From Gemmatimonadota bacterium (GTDB lineage: Bacteria; Gemmatimonadota; Gemmatimonadetes; Palauibacterales; KS3-K002): a stretch of DNA of 46,772 nt. Below the pieces are notes generated by a model. It made no database searches. It was given only the letters and a program-made list of their open reading frames with translations, and had not been told where the DNA came from. The position numbers were made by a program, and so were the translations under genes. Positions 36,868 to 45,336 of the stretch are shown here, one piece after another. Numbering within the stretch: the first letter of the stretch is position 1; every line of letters starts with the position of its first letter. The stretch lies in assembly GCA_039589115.1 (NCBI GenBank), contig JBDHHZ010000017.1:1-46772 (forward strand). Direction: 5' to 3'.

Positions 36868-37629
36868 ATGACTCTGGAGATCGTGAAGAAGACATACGAA
36901 AAGCTGGGTCGAGAGGATCCCCTATATGCCGTGCTGTCCGACGACAAGCTCCGGCACAACAAGTGGGATCCGGCCGAGTTCTTCCAGACTGGAGTGCGAG
37001 AGATTCGGGAAGTGCTCGAGTACGTCGACCGTCTCGCCCTTCCGCTCGAGCGGCAGCGAGTGCTCGACTTCGGTTGCGGGGTGGGGCGCCTGAGCCAGGC
37101 GCTTGCCGAACACTTCGAGCAGGTCGTGGGTGTGGATATCGCGGAATCCATGGTCCAAGAAGCCCGCAAGTTCAACAGGCATGGCGACCGCGTCGAATAT
37201 CGGGCCAACAGCACCGATAACCTGGAGATCCTCGACAGCAACTCTTTCGACTTCGTGTACACGTACATAACCCTGCAGCACATACCTCCGGAACCAGCAG
37301 AGAACTATATCCGCGAGTTCTTCCGCGTGCTCCGACCGGGCGGGATCGCGATCTTTCACGTCCACACCGGTAAGCTATACGAAGCCGGTTCACTGCGTGC
37401 CTGGCTGTACAACCTTCGGCGTCGGCGCTTGCGTAGAATCTGGAAGATCGTTCGCGGTCGGCCGCCAGTCGAGATGCACTACATCGCGCGTGAGCGAGTC
37501 GAGCGTATTGTCGAAGAGAGCGGTGGCCGAATGGCCGACGTTGTGGATGCGGGGGAGGGACGAAGACGCGGGAGGAGCTTTCGATACTACGCCGTGAAAT
37601 CGAGGTCCTCGAAGGAAGAACCAGTCTGA
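36868..37629 (+). CDS. Class I SAM-dependent methyltransferase
   Basis: VLDFGCGVGRL, VGVDIA, SFDFV and RVLRPGG; ATG 36868 preferred as start. Confidence 0.92.
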   Translation: MTLEIVKKTYEKLGREDPLYAVLSDDKLRHNKWDPAEFFQTGVREIREVLEYVDRLALPLERQRVLDFGCGVGRLSQALAEHFEQVVGVDIAESMVQEARKFNRHGDRVEYRANSTDNLEILDSNSFDFVYTYITLQHIPPEPAENYIREFFRVLRPGGIAIFHVHTGKLYEAGSLRAWLYNLRRRRLRRIWKIVRGRPPVEMHYIARERVERIVEESGGRMADVVDAGEGRRRGRSFRYYAVKSRSSKEEPV

Positions 37630-37638
37630 GGAAAAGCT

Positions 37639-37812
37639 CGACATTCGACAACCGACATTCGACAGCCGACACTCGACGCTCGAGTACTGCCCGATGATCG
37701 AGTCTCAACGCTCCACTTCCGACGCTCGGCGGACGTCGAAAGTAGGACGTCGAAGGTCGAGAGTCGAGTAGTACTCGGATGTCGATTGTCGAATGTCGGC
37801 TGTCGGCTGTCC
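37639..37812. repeat. Heptamer-array palindromic element, copy 2
   Basis: CGAGTAC at 37681 and GTACTCG at 37771, flanked by CGACANN and NNTGTCG arrays; between convergent genes. Confidence 0.88.
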
Positions 37813-37821
37813 TCCGGCCTC

Positions 37822-40095
37822 TTACCAAGCAAAGGTATAGGTGTATTTCAGCAGTATCGTCCGGTTATCGGTGAGCGGCAGGGCCGGCTCGCTGCGGTCC
37901 CGGTCGAGGTTGTACCCCTCGTTGTAGACCAACCACAGGTCGTTGCCCTCGCGGAAGTTGTAACGCAGCCGGACGTTGGCCGCGCCGAAATCGCTGATGT
38001 TGCTGTACTGCAAGAAGGCGTTCACCGAGAATTTCGTGTCGAGCGCCGTCCCGATCCTCAGTCGCCCGATGTGCGCGTCGAAGCCCTGGTCGCGGTCCGG
38101 GAACCGCACGATGTCGATCTCATACTGGAAGGTGAACTCGAGGTGGCGCGAGACGTTCCAGCGTGGGACCAGCCAGATGTTCGTTCGCCAACCATCGTAG
38201 AAAGCCTGCGCACCTCCACCGACGAAGAAGCGGAACGGCGTGCCCGGTGGCATGCTGAAGTCGAACTCGAAGCGCGGGAACGTATAGCTGCCCGGCGGGA
38301 CGTAGGTCCCGAGCGGGAAGTCCAGTGTCTCGCGCACGTCCTCATAGTAGAGCTCCAGATCGAGCCCCAGCCATGCCCCGGATCGCCAACCGAAATCGAC
38401 GTCGTGCTCGACGAATGCCGACTCGACGCTGCCGTCCGGATTGCGCAATGCGACCGACCCGAACAGTTGGAACGGATCGATCCTGCGAAACGGCCCAGCC
38501 TCGGGGTAGTGGAAGTAGGCGACCGAGTAGTAGAAGTCGCTGAAGTTGCGGCGCGTCACGAAGCCCATCTCGGGGTTGTAGTCCGCGCCGAACCGGCGAG
38601 CGCTGAAGAAATACGAGAACCCGCGCTCCCGTGCTCGGTCGAGGTAAAGGCGTACCGCGCTGGCCTCGGCGAACCGGAACCCGCGATCGGCGATGATCTG
38701 GTCGTCGACGCTCTGGGCCAGGCGGATACCCAGGTAGTCGTCGCCGGTGTAGCGGAACGTGCCGTCGAGGCCATACGCGATGTTGTAGGAGCCGTCGTCT
38801 CCCAGCCTCGTCGTGAGCATCGCCCCGGCGTTCGAGTACTGGTTGAAGACGCGGCGGCGTGCCCGGGCGACCCCGAAGTTCTCGGACGGCAGATGGGTGC
38901 TCCGCTTCGTCTGCATGTCGAGGACGCCGACATCCCAATCGCCGACCCGGCCCACCAACCTCGCACCGCCGATGATCGGGATCGCCTCACCTTCGTAAAG
39001 CCCGATGTGTCGGCTGTAGAATAGCCGCGTCGCACCGCCGGTGAAGAAGTCGAATACGCCGGATCTCTCCTGGAAGAACTGGCGCTTCTCGGGGAAGAAC
39101 AGCGAGAAGCGCGTCAGGTTGACCTGCCAGTCGTCCGCCTCGACCTGCGCGAAGTCGGTGTTGACGGTGAGGTCGGCCGTCAGGTTGCTCGTCACGTTGT
39201 ACTTGAGATCGCCTCCAACCTGGCCCTCTACTTCGCTGTCCAGTTGGTAGCGATCTCCAACGCTGGTCAGCACCGCGTCTTGTCCCACACCGCTCAGCAC
39301 GTAAGGTGTGAGGTACACCGGCCTGTGCGTGCTCACGCCCTCCAGAATCGCGTCCTGCGCCAGCGACGGCCTCAGGTAGTCGAACTCGGGCGGGATCTCC
39401 GGGAACACCTGCCGCTCGTTCTTCCGCGGGATGTAGCGGTAGGCGGAGATGCCCATCTCCACCCGCTGATCGACGGCCTGAAATCCCAGGCTCGAGAACG
39501 GGATCCGCAGCTCGGCGAACCAGCCCTCCTCCGTCTCCACCGCCGCCACGTCCCAGTAGGTGTTCCAGCTGCCGTTCCAGCTGCCCGCGCCGTCCCCGGC
39601 GATCGATACGTCCCCGCGCAGGCCCGCCGGTGTCGTGAAGAACCAGAGACCGATGTCGTTGTCGTTGAATGGATCGACCACCATGCCGAAGCAGTCGTCG
39701 CCGCTCAAACGGTCCCGGTACATCGAGTTCACCTGAATCCCCGACGGATCGGAGTCGTAGAAACGCCCTGCCACATAGAGGAACTCATCATCATAGCCGA
39801 TGCGGATCTCCGTCCGCTCCGTCAGCTCACCCCGGAACGATGGCGTGTACATCGTCATCGGAAGCGGCTCGATACCGCGCCAGGCGGCCTCGTCGCTCGG
39901 GCCATCCAGCTCCACCGGCCCGTCCAGCCGCGACAGTACGATGAGCGTGTCCGGTGCCCTCCAGCTCGGGTCCGCGCCTTCCTGCGCCGCCAGCTCGGAA
40001 GCCCCTGGCGGAAAGGCTGCGGCCAGCGCCACGACCGACCCGAGGATCAGGCGAGCTGCGGGCTTATCTGTAAAGATTTTTTCATATATGCGCAT
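37822..40095 (-). CDS. Outer-membrane protein: CBM9/DOMON-like domain and DUF5916-like beta-barrel
   Basis: Signal peptide; LDGPSDEAAW, GWFAELRIPFSSL and NTDFAQVEAD...NLTRFSLFFPEKRQFFQE; aromatic C-terminus YTYTFAW; start ATG 40095. Confidence 0.85.
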   Translation of the reverse strand: MRIYEKIFTDKPAARLILGSVVALAAAFPPGASELAAQEGADPSWRAPDTLIVLSRLDGPVELDGPSDEAAWRGIEPLPMTMYTPSFRGELTERTEIRIGYDDEFLYVAGRFYDSDPSGIQVNSMYRDRLSGDDCFGMVVDPFNDNDIGLWFFTTPAGLRGDVSIAGDGAGSWNGSWNTYWDVAAVETEEGWFAELRIPFSSLGFQAVDQRVEMGISAYRYIPRKNERQVFPEIPPEFDYLRPSLAQDAILEGVSTHRPVYLTPYVLSGVGQDAVLTSVGDRYQLDSEVEGQVGGDLKYNVTSNLTADLTVNTDFAQVEADDWQVNLTRFSLFFPEKRQFFQERSGVFDFFTGGATRLFYSRHIGLYEGEAIPIIGGARLVGRVGDWDVGVLDMQTKRSTHLPSENFGVARARRRVFNQYSNAGAMLTTRLGDDGSYNIAYGLDGTFRYTGDDYLGIRLAQSVDDQIIADRGFRFAEASAVRLYLDRARERGFSYFFSARRFGADYNPEMGFVTRRNFSDFYYSVAYFHYPEAGPFRRIDPFQLFGSVALRNPDGSVESAFVEHDVDFGWRSGAWLGLDLELYYEDVRETLDFPLGTYVPPGSYTFPRFEFDFSMPPGTPFRFFVGGGAQAFYDGWRTNIWLVPRWNVSRHLEFTFQYEIDIVRFPDRDQGFDAHIGRLRIGTALDTKFSVNAFLQYSNISDFGAANVRLRYNFREGNDLWLVYNEGYNLDRDRSEPALPLTDNRTILLKYTYTFAW
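40067..40086 (-). promoter_or_regulatory. Putative BlaI operator inside the 5' coding region of the barrel gene
   Basis: TATGAAAAAATCTTTACAGA, 18/20 identical to the site at 43329-43348. Confidence 0.7.
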
Positions 40096-40169
40096 GGGAA
40101 AACCCTCATGGTCCGGGGGAGCCGCAGGGGCCGGAGCCCCTGCGGCCCTTCCGGTAGACGGCACCCGGG

Positions 40170-41072
40170 CTACGCGGAGGCGCGGCCCCGGTCCCGGCCC
40201 GCATTGTCACGCTCGGAGCGCTTGTGCTCGTTGTAACGCGACGGGTTGGTTTCGTCGAGCGACCAGACTGCCATGGCGCGGACGGCTGGATCGCGATCGC
40301 GGAGCGCGTCGAGGAGCGGATCCACGGCGCGCTCGTCGCCCAGTCTGCCGAGCCGTTCGGCCGCCGATAGCCGAGTCTGTGGGTCGTCGTCGCTCAGAGC
40401 GGTGATCAAGCTGGAGGCGTCATCCGCCATCGGCCGGGCCCTGAAGCTTCCCAAGTGGCCGGTCCAGACCTCGTCGTTCTCGTAGGGGTAGCGTCCCGCT
40501 TCGCTGAAGATGGCGTCGCGCGCTCTCGGGGCTTCGCCCTCTCCGATCTCGCCGAGCGCCCAGATGACCGGTTCGCGGAGCTCGCTGTGCCGGTCGAGCG
40601 CTTCGGTCAGCGCGGAGACCGCCGAGGGATGTTCGATCTCTCCCAACGACAGCACGGCCATCTCGCGCACCAGCGGGTCGTCGTCTCCCAGCAGCTCGAT
40701 CAGCGGTTGGATGGCCATGTAGTCCTTGATCTCGCCAAGAGCCCAGGCGGCGACGAGGCGTACGTCTGCATCGCGATCTTCCAGACGCTCGATCAGCGGC
40801 CTTACACCTTCGGTGCTCTCGAGCTCGCCGAGCGCCCAGGCCGCATAACGTCTGACGAGTGGATCGCTGTCTTCCAGCTCGCGGATGCGCTGGATCGCGG
40901 CGTCGCTGCTCTGAGTTGCTCCCAGCAGTTCGACGGCCGGTGCGATCTGCGCGAGGGCGATCCTGAACAGGCGCGTTGCGTGGAGTTCCGAGCCCAAGCC
41001 GATGACCGCCGCGACTACGAGAGCGATGAAGGCGAGTCGTCTAAATGTAAATGTTTTTTCATATGTGGACAT
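40170..41072 (-). CDS. Exported HEAT/PBS-lyase repeat protein; paralog of the sensor's C-terminal domain
   Basis: GGAGGT RBS; signal or TM segment; repeated D.D..VR..AAWALGE units. Confidence 0.9.
   Translation of the reverse strand: MSTYEKTFTFRRLAFIALVVAAVIGLGSELHATRLFRIALAQIAPAVELLGATQSSDAAIQRIRELEDSDPLVRRYAAWALGELESTEGVRPLIERLEDRDADVRLVAAWALGEIKDYMAIQPLIELLGDDDPLVREMAVLSLGEIEHPSAVSALTEALDRHSELREPVIWALGEIGEGEAPRARDAIFSEAGRYPYENDEVWTGHLGSFRARPMADDASSLITALSDDDPQTRLSAAERLGRLGDERAVDPLLDALRDRDPAVRAMAVWSLDETNPSRYNEHKRSERDNAGRDRGRASA
41044..41063 (-). promoter_or_regulatory. Putative BlaI operator inside the 5' coding region of the HEAT gene
   Basis: TATGAAAAAACATTTACATT, 16/20 identical to the site at 43329-43348. 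Confidence 0.65.
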
Positions 41073-41109
41073 GATCTACCTCCGTTCCATCGTCAGGGTT
41101 GGCTAGCTC

Positions 41110-42921
41110 TTACTCGGTGTTCTGATGACGCGACGGGTTAATCTCGTCGAGCGCCCAGATCGCCATGGCGCGCACCGAGGGCTCCGGATCGCGTAGCGCA
41201 TCGAGGAGCGGGTCGACGGCGCTTTGCTCGCCGCGCAGCCCGAGCCACTCGGCAGCGGAGCGCCGCATCTTGGGATCGTCGTCGTCGAGAGCGTCGATCA
41301 GGGCGGACAGGTCTCCGGCGAAGCGGCGAGCGGCGTCGCTGCCCAGGTAACCGCTCCAGACGTCCTGGTTGTCCCAGCCGCGTCGTCCGATCTGAGCGAA
41401 GACGGCGCTTCTGGCTCTCTCGGCCTCGTGGTTGCCGATCTCGCCGAGCGCCCAGATTGCCGGTTCTCTGAGCTCGGGATGGCGGTCGAGCGACTCAATC
41501 AGCGGGTCGATCGCCGAGGGGTTCTCTATCTCCCCCAGCGCGAGGACTGCCATCTCGCGGACGAACGGATCGTCGTCGTCTAGGCGCTCGACCAGCGGGT
41601 AGATGGCTATGTCGTCCTTTATCTCGCCGAGCGCCCAGGCGGCGACCAGGCGGACGTCGGCATTCTCGTCAGTCAAACCTTCGATCAGTGGTCTCACGCC
41701 GCGCGAGCTCTCGAGCTCACCCAACGCCCAAGCCGCATGCCGTCTAACGAGGGGATCGTCGTCCTGCAGCTGGCGGACGCGCTGCTCCACCGAGTCGCCC
41801 ACCTGGACCGTGCCCCAGATGTCGACGCTCGCCAGCGGCAGAGCGAACAGCAGTGCGGCGACGGCGGTGGAGAACAACCGGCCCTGAGACATGGGCGCTC
41901 GATCCAGTTCTCTGGCGAGAATGCTGCGGAAGCGCGTCGCCAAGCTGGACGGCTGCGCCATGGCGAACGCTGCGCGTGGTGCGTCATCGGAGACCTGCGC
42001 GCGGGCGATCTCGAACAGATGCGAAGCGTACACATCGGAGCGGACGCCGGCGTACAGCGCTTGGTCGTCGCAGGCTCGCTCGCGTTCCATGGCGCCTTGC
42101 TTTGCGGCGATCCAGACGAGCGGGTTAAACCAATAGATCGCGCACACGACCTCGACCATGAGCAAAACGGCCCAATCCCACCGTCTGATGTGAGCTAGCT
42201 CATGCAGTAGCACGATGTGGGTTCGCTGCGTCGACCATGTGGCCATAGCTTCCGGCAGGATCACTGCGGGAGTCCAGGCGCCCCACGTGAGCGGCACCTT
42301 CACTTCGTCGCTCACGAGGATGCGGATCCGACGTCGAATTCCCAAGCTCACCGCCAGTCGGCGTGCGAGATCGTGAACCGCCGCGGAACTGCAGTTCGAA
42401 GCCCGCCGCGTGATACACCGAATCCGCAGCGTGTCGACGCCCAGGCGGCCAAGCAGAGCTAGCACACCCAGCAACCAGATCACCAGAGCGATAGCCACAG
42501 GGGAGGCCCCCGACGCAGCGGATTTCTGCGAGTCCGCTTGCTCGAACGGGACAGTGACCGCAGGCGAAGTCCCTCTCGTTCCCACCGTCCCTCGTGTAGC
42601 AGCAGGTCGCGCGGCGGGCGAGGAGCTCTCGAGGCGCTCAGAACAGCACTGCGTGGCATCGCTCGGCAACACGGTCTCCGTCTCCATCGAGACGTACAGC
42701 CGCCCCAGCTTCCACGCTGGAAGCGCTCCGGAGAGGATCGGCAGAAGGAGCAGACAGCCGAGCGCGACACTCCATACCGCGTGTCGCGTGGCTGCGGAGC
42801 CACACCGCAGATACCAGGCTGCTATTCCGGCGACGGCTAGAACGATCGTCGCCTTCAGCAGGACATCGATCGCAAGGTCGATGGCGAACGCTGTGTATGG
42901 ATTAGTCAGAGCCTCACCCAT
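41110..42921 (-). CDS. BlaR1/MecR1-like M56 metallopeptidase sensor with extracytoplasmic HEAT repeats
   Basis: SAATRHAVW, VPLTWG, LLHELAHIRRWD (HExxH), YWFNPLVW and ERACDD; a TM followed by HEAT repeats; start ATG 42921. Confidence 0.93.
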   Translation of the reverse strand: MGEALTNPYTAFAIDLAIDVLLKATIVLAVAGIAAWYLRCGSAATRHAVWSVALGCLLLLPILSGALPAWKLGRLYVSMETETVLPSDATQCCSERLESSSPAARPAATRGTVGTRGTSPAVTVPFEQADSQKSAASGASPVAIALVIWLLGVLALLGRLGVDTLRIRCITRRASNCSSAAVHDLARRLAVSLGIRRRIRILVSDEVKVPLTWGAWTPAVILPEAMATWSTQRTHIVLLHELAHIRRWDWAVLLMVEVVCAIYWFNPLVWIAAKQGAMERERACDDQALYAGVRSDVYASHLFEIARAQVSDDAPRAAFAMAQPSSLATRFRSILARELDRAPMSQGRLFSTAVAALLFALPLASVDIWGTVQVGDSVEQRVRQLQDDDPLVRRHAAWALGELESSRGVRPLIEGLTDENADVRLVAAWALGEIKDDIAIYPLVERLDDDDPFVREMAVLALGEIENPSAIDPLIESLDRHPELREPAIWALGEIGNHEAERARSAVFAQIGRRGWDNQDVWSGYLGSDAARRFAGDLSALIDALDDDDPKMRRSAAEWLGLRGEQSAVDPLLDALRDPEPSVRAMAIWALDEINPSRHQNTE

Positions 42922-43297
42922 GGGACTTCCTCTCTTCTTCGATCCACTCGGCGATCTCGTCCAGCTCGTCACGCGACAGCTTCGACATACCGAGAAGCGT
43001 CAGCATCGCCCGGGATGGTGACCCGCGGAAGAACGTGTGCAGGAGATTGCGTACCGCGGATCGGGAGGCCGCCTCGTGAGGGACCGTCGGGCTGTAGACG
43101 TAGCGGCGGCCTTCCTGCCGGTGCTTCACGTGGCCCTTCTTCTCCAAGATGCCCAGCGTCACCCGCACAGAGTCGTATCCCGCATCCTCATCCATGCGGC
43201 CGAAAACGTCCGCCACGCTCGCCTCGCCCAGGCGATAAACGACGTTCATGATCTCTCGCTCGCGGCGGCTCAGCTGGTTCTGCGGGGTCTTCTTCAC
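42914..43297 (-). CDS. BlaI/MecI/CopY-family repressor
   Basis: LSRREREIMNVVY...VRVTLGILEKKGHV....GRRYVY...TFFRGS; overlaps the M56 start. Confidence 0.94.
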   Translation of the reverse strand: MKKTPQNQLSRREREIMNVVYRLGEASVADVFGRMDEDAGYDSVRVTLGILEKKGHVKHRQEGRRYVYSPTVPHEAASRSAVRNLLHTFFRGSPSRAMLTLLGMSKLSRDELDEIAEWIEEERKSHG

Positions 43298-43328
43298 AGG
43301 GCACTCTCCGGGGAGGAGGCCAGCAGCT

Positions 43329-43383
43329 TATGAAAAAATCTTTTCATATGGCCCAAAGTAGTACCCCCTCACCAGGGTGTCAA
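43329..43383 (-). promoter_or_regulatory. Sigma70 promoter and palindromic operator of the blaI operon
   Basis: Minus strand TTGACA(43383-43378)-N17-TACTTT(43360-43355); TATGAAAA-AATC-TTTTCATA palindrome at 43329-43348, at the predicted +1. Confidence 0.82.
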
Positions 43384-43446
43384 GTTTATTGTGGGGCCTA
43401 TCCACCCTACGGTTCGGTGGTCGCTGCGGTTTCTGAGAAAGAGGAT

Positions 43447-43599
43447 CGACATTGGACAGCCGACAGCCGACATTCGAGTACAACTCGACTACCGACGTCC
43501 GACTCCCAACGTTCGACGTCCGTGGAAGATCGAGCGTAGAACGTTGACCGTCGAGTAGTACTCGGGGGTCGAATGTCGATTGTGGGCTGTCGAATGTCG
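43447..43599. repeat. Heptamer-array palindromic element, copy 3
   Basis: CGAGTAC at 43475 and GTACTCG at 43558, with the same flanking arrays. Confidence 0.88.
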
Positions 43600-43610
43600 A
43601 GTAGTTACGC

Positions 43611-43646
43611 AAAAAAAATTGCCGGGACACCTATCGGTGCCCCGGC
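43611..43646 (-). terminator. Rho-independent terminator
   Basis: Minus strand GCCGGGGCACC-GATA-GGTGTCCCGGC-AATTTTTTTT. Confidence 0.8.
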
Positions 43647-43689
43647 GCAGATTCCTGTTCAAGGTGCGCGAATTAGCGCTCGTTAGGCT

Positions 43690-43773
43690 CTATTCCTGCT
43701 CCTCGTAGGAACGCCACACCAGCACCACCGGGGGCACTAGGATGACGCTTGCAATCAAAATCGCGGTCAACAT
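43690..43773 (-). CDS. Putative 27-aa single-TM small protein
   Basis: MLTAILIASVILVPPVVLVWRSYEEQE*; GGAAGGA upstream; followed by its own terminator; below the ORF-track size cut-off. Confidence 0.5.
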   Translation of the reverse strand: MLTAILIASVILVPPVVLVWRSYEEQE

Positions 43774-44082
43774 CTGTCTGTCCTTCCGTCGGTTCTTCAC
43801 CGTGCACTCTCAAGGCTACGGTACATCGTCATTGACCTTGCTCGTGGCGTGCGGGAGCAGCCCGCATCGCACTACTTTGTAGGGCAAACAACATGCCACT
43901 GTGCCGGCGCCGGAAGGCTAGCGGTGGTGCGGTTTTCTGGCAGGCTGGGGCGGGCTTCGCCCGGTCGGGGCCTCATTTCGAGCCGGACAGGGGACAAACT
44001 GACCTGCCGGCGAGCGCCTGCCCGTCGCGCGGGCTCGAGGAGCTGTTTGCTGGGTTACAATAGACCAGCTAGAGTTATTGCT

Positions 44083-44505
44083 ATGGAGCCAGCCAACGGC
44101 GCATACGAAGTGCCCGAGCATGAGATCTACTTCCAGGCGACGCGGTCCAGCGGTCCTGGCGGCCAGCACGTCAATCGCCGGGCCACTCGCGTCGAGGCGT
44201 GTTGGAACGTCCGGGAGAGTCCCAGCCTGACGGACGAGGAGCGGGCGAGGATCCTGGAGAAGCTGGCGGCTCGGATCGGCAAGGACGGCGTTCTGCGTGT
44301 CGTCGCGGAGGACGAGCGAAGCCAGCATCGCAACAAGGAGCTGGCGAAGCAGCGGCTGCGGGAGCTGGTCGCGGAAGCGCTCCGTGTACCGAAGCGCCGG
44401 GTGAAGACGCGACCGCCCAAGTCGGCGGCGGAGAAGCGGCTGGATGAGAAGAGCCGCCGCAAGCGGGTTAAGAAGTTGAGGAAACCTCCCGACCCGGAAG
44501 AGTGA
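44083..44505 (+). CDS. arfB: Alternative ribosome-rescue peptidyl-tRNA hydrolase ArfB (YaeJ)
   Basis: RSSGPGGQHVN (GGQ), RSQHRNKELA and basic tail RVKTRPPKSAAEKRLDEKSRRKRVKKLR; ATG 44083. Confidence 0.95.
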   Translation: MEPANGAYEVPEHEIYFQATRSSGPGGQHVNRRATRVEACWNVRESPSLTDEERARILEKLAARIGKDGVLRVVAEDERSQHRNKELAKQRLRELVAEALRVPKRRVKTRPPKSAAEKRLDEKSRRKRVKKLRKPPDPEE

Positions 44506-44512
44506 GGTGGAT

Positions 44513-45172
44513 CTAGCGGCGCGCGACGAGCATCCACTGCCCGTCGCTGTGGCCGCTATCAGCGAACTGCTCGTCGCGGTCGAGCACCTCGAAGCCCGCC
44601 TCCCGAACCTCCTGTTCGACTAGATCGATGCTCAGCTCGTGGCTCCTCATTTGTTGATCGCGCGACTGGGAAGGGTTGGACGCGACCAGGTCCAGGATCA
44701 CGAGACGCCCGCCGGGTTTCAGCGCCCTGTACATCGCTGAGAGCATCGCCTCGTACTCGGTCATCTCGTGGTAGGCGTCCACCGTCAGCACCGCATCCAG
44801 CGATTCATCCTGGAGCTTGGGATCATCGATTTCGCCGCGAACGACCTCCACGTTGTCGAGACCCTCGTCCTCAACAAGCTGCCTCAGCTGCGTTAGAGCC
44901 CGCTCGCTGATGTCGACGGCGAACACGCGTCCGCTGGCGCCGACCTCTCTGGCGAGGTGCCCCGTGAAGTAGCCGCTACCGGCGCCCACATCCGCCACGC
45001 GACTCCCCTCGCCGATCGCCAGCGCAGTCATGACATCCGGCACCCGCTGCCAGTCGTCGCGATTGCGTCGCTGGGCCTGGACCTCGGTCGGTTGGAAGCC
45101 CACGGCCAGCAGGGCACAGAGTAAGAGCCAGGACGACTGGCGCGGCACAGACACGCGGTATGCCTTTCTCAT
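44513..45172 (-). CDS. Class I SAM methyltransferase with an N-terminal signal-like sequence
   Basis: VADVGAGSGYFT, VFAVDI, DAYHE and ALKPGGRL; hydrophobic leader ending VQA-Q. Confidence 0.9.
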   Translation of the reverse strand: MRKAYRVSVPRQSSWLLLCALLAVGFQPTEVQAQRRNRDDWQRVPDVMTALAIGEGSRVADVGAGSGYFTGHLAREVGASGRVFAVDISERALTQLRQLVEDEGLDNVEVVRGEIDDPKLQDESLDAVLTVDAYHEMTEYEAMLSAMYRALKPGGRLVILDLVASNPSQSRDQQMRSHELSIDLVEQEVREAGFEVLDRDEQFADSGHSDGQWMLVARR

Positions 45173-45279
45173 CGCAACCCCCGTCGCATCAGCTTTCGGC
45201 GTGACAGCGCTTTGGGCTTCGCTCCCACTTGACTTTGACGCTTAAGCCAGCGCCAGCGTTGCGGCGGCTTGGCGACGAC

Positions 45280-45311
45280 AAAAAAAGCGGGCGGTCGAGA
45301 GACCGCCCGCT
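45280..45311 (-). terminator. Rho-independent terminator
   Basis: AGCGGGCGGTC-N4-GACCGCCCGCT followed by a T tract on the minus strand. Confidence 0.88.
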
Positions 45312-45336
45312 CCGACGATTCCTGTTGAGTTTGTGA

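Noticed and set aside
37786-40236. 412-aa and 330-aa plus-strand ORFs
   Set aside because: Antisense to the motif-supported OM barrel gene.
34090-43599. Heptamer arrays as CRISPR arrays or coding repeats
   Set aside because: No constant 23-47 bp repeats with unique spacers and no cas genes; the 7-bp period and the inversion are inconsistent with coding.
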